Of a stretch of DNA of 64,000 nucleotides, positions 62,815 through 64,000 are shown in pieces. This DNA comes from Geosiphon pyriformis uo1 (taxonomy: Eukaryota; Fungi; Glomeromycota). The stretch is taken from contig JAAOMT010000031.1 of assembly GCA_016748015.1 (NCBI GenBank), positions 124,001 to 188,000 on the forward strand, given 5' to 3'. Below the pieces are notes generated by a model. That model did not search any database. It was not told the DNA's origin and saw nothing but the letters and a program-made list of their open reading frames with translations. The position numbers and the translations under genes are program-made. The first letter of the stretch is position 1, and each line of letters starts with the position of its first letter.

Positions 62815-63680
62815 ATTCTACTTAGTTTATTATTTGGTTTTGTTAAATTTAAGTTAGTTTTAAAAAATAATATTAAGTTATTTTGTGTAAATTTTGCTTT
62901 TAAAACTTTTTTAGTTGCTATTGTTAAAGTTTTTATTAATGGTTTTTTTGTTTATATTTAAGATTATAGAATTTTTTATAATAGTTTTTGGTTTTTTTCT
63001 CTACTTTTATTATATTTTATAATATTTTTTTTAATATATTTTCTAATAATATTAAAAGTGCTTTTAATGTTTTTGGTATTATTATTTTAATTAAGTTAAA
63101 ATCTGTTGGTTTGTAATAATATATTATTGTTTATTTTAATAACTTTTTTTTTGTTTTTACTGTTTTTAATAATTAGTCTGTATTAATTAAAAAAGATAGT
63201 ATTAAGATTTTTTTTTGCTTAATCAAAGAGAAATTATTACTTTAAAAATACTTTTAAGACCAAATTGATCAATTTTTTTTTGGTTGTATTGTTTTTGAAA
63301 TTAATAATTTAATTTTTTAAGTTAATAATTATATTTGTTTTATTTTTGATTTTTTAATTCTTATTTTAAATCTGGCTGTTGTAAAAACTGGTATTTTATA
63401 TAAAAATTGTATTTGATAAGAAATTATTAAATATTATTATTACTATAAATATTAAAACTTAGATTATTTGTCTGTTAACTGTAAATATTATTACTTTTTT
63501 TTCAAGTTTTTTTATTAAACTTATTAATAGTTTTAAGTTATTTGTTTTATTTTTTATTAATAAAAAATTTTATGTTAAAACTTTTGTTTTTTACTGTCTT
63601 TGTAATTATATCTATTATTAATTTTGTAATTAGTATTATCAGAGATTTTTGGTTTCTTTTTTTAAATATTGTTAATATTA
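62815..63680 (+). pseudogene. Hypermutated LINE ORF1 remnant
   Basis: IKLKSVGL**YIIVYF and YYYYKY*NLDYLSVNC (decayed knuckle); homologous to 48200-49000. Confidence 0.6.
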
Positions 63681-63689
63681 TTTTGCATA

Positions 63690-64000
63690 ATCTTTCTCTC
63701 ATCAATTCCCTGGCCACACCGAGAGCAAAGTTATTCTGCCAAAGAAGTACATTTCTTTTATTCTTTTTCTCTTTTGTTTTCGTCGCTATTTCTTTGGACA
63801 CACTTATATTTGTGACTATGGATTCAGCTGGCTCTTTTGTTGGTGTTTCGGGCTCAATTTCAACTGGGTTGGGGTCCCGGTCAGGCTCTAAGAAGAAGGC
63901 TCGCGTTGAGAGTGTTTACTCTCATGGTGCCTCTTTCAAGAAAGTGAGGAAACCTGTCATGTCTGGTACCATGATAGATTCTTCAGTTGGACTTTTGTAT
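63690..64000 (+). mobile_element. 5' end of a young LINE: 5' UTR and start of ORF1 (ATG 63818), running off the window
   Basis: Abrupt rise in GC and CpG; open frame MDSAGSFVGVSGSISTGLGSRSGSKKKARVESVYSHGASFKKVRKP. Resemblance to this LINE family's ORF1 N-terminus is from recall. Confidence 0.6.

Overview
AT-rich eukaryotic (fungal) genomic DNA. The retroelement proteins closely resemble, from recall only, the repeat families of Glomeromycotina, most likely Geosiphon pyriformis; this assignment is an inference. There are three zones. (1) 1-~28.8 kb is a nest of at least seven Ty3/Gypsy LTR retrotransposon copies, labelled A-G. Five successive insertions alternate in orientation, and two hit the same ancestral CCGG position in their own family's LTR. 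(2) ~30.9-46.3 kb is an intron-containing gene island: NDC80 (-), a large F-box protein with an XPA-like zinc/helical module and microexons (+), mitochondrial GrpE/MGE1 (+) and NC2-alpha/BUR6 (+). It also holds a candidate structured ncRNA and is flanked by extremely AT-rich decayed repeats. (3) 46.9-64 kb holds LINEs with RNase H (young, old and barely recognisable 'ghost' copies) and a full-length Gypsy element H. Three distinct Gypsy families share a complex-retrovirus-like layout: gag-PR-(Cys-rich domain, dUTPase)-RT-RH, then an integrase ORF set off by a stop and spacer (clear in C, F and H; ambiguous in B), then a conserved non-env third ORF running up to or into the 3' LTR. Their LTRs carry family-specific periodic arrays. 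The repeats, but not the genes, show nearly pure C:G->T:A hypermutation in CpG and non-CpG contexts, which is RIP-like. All coordinates were read by eye.
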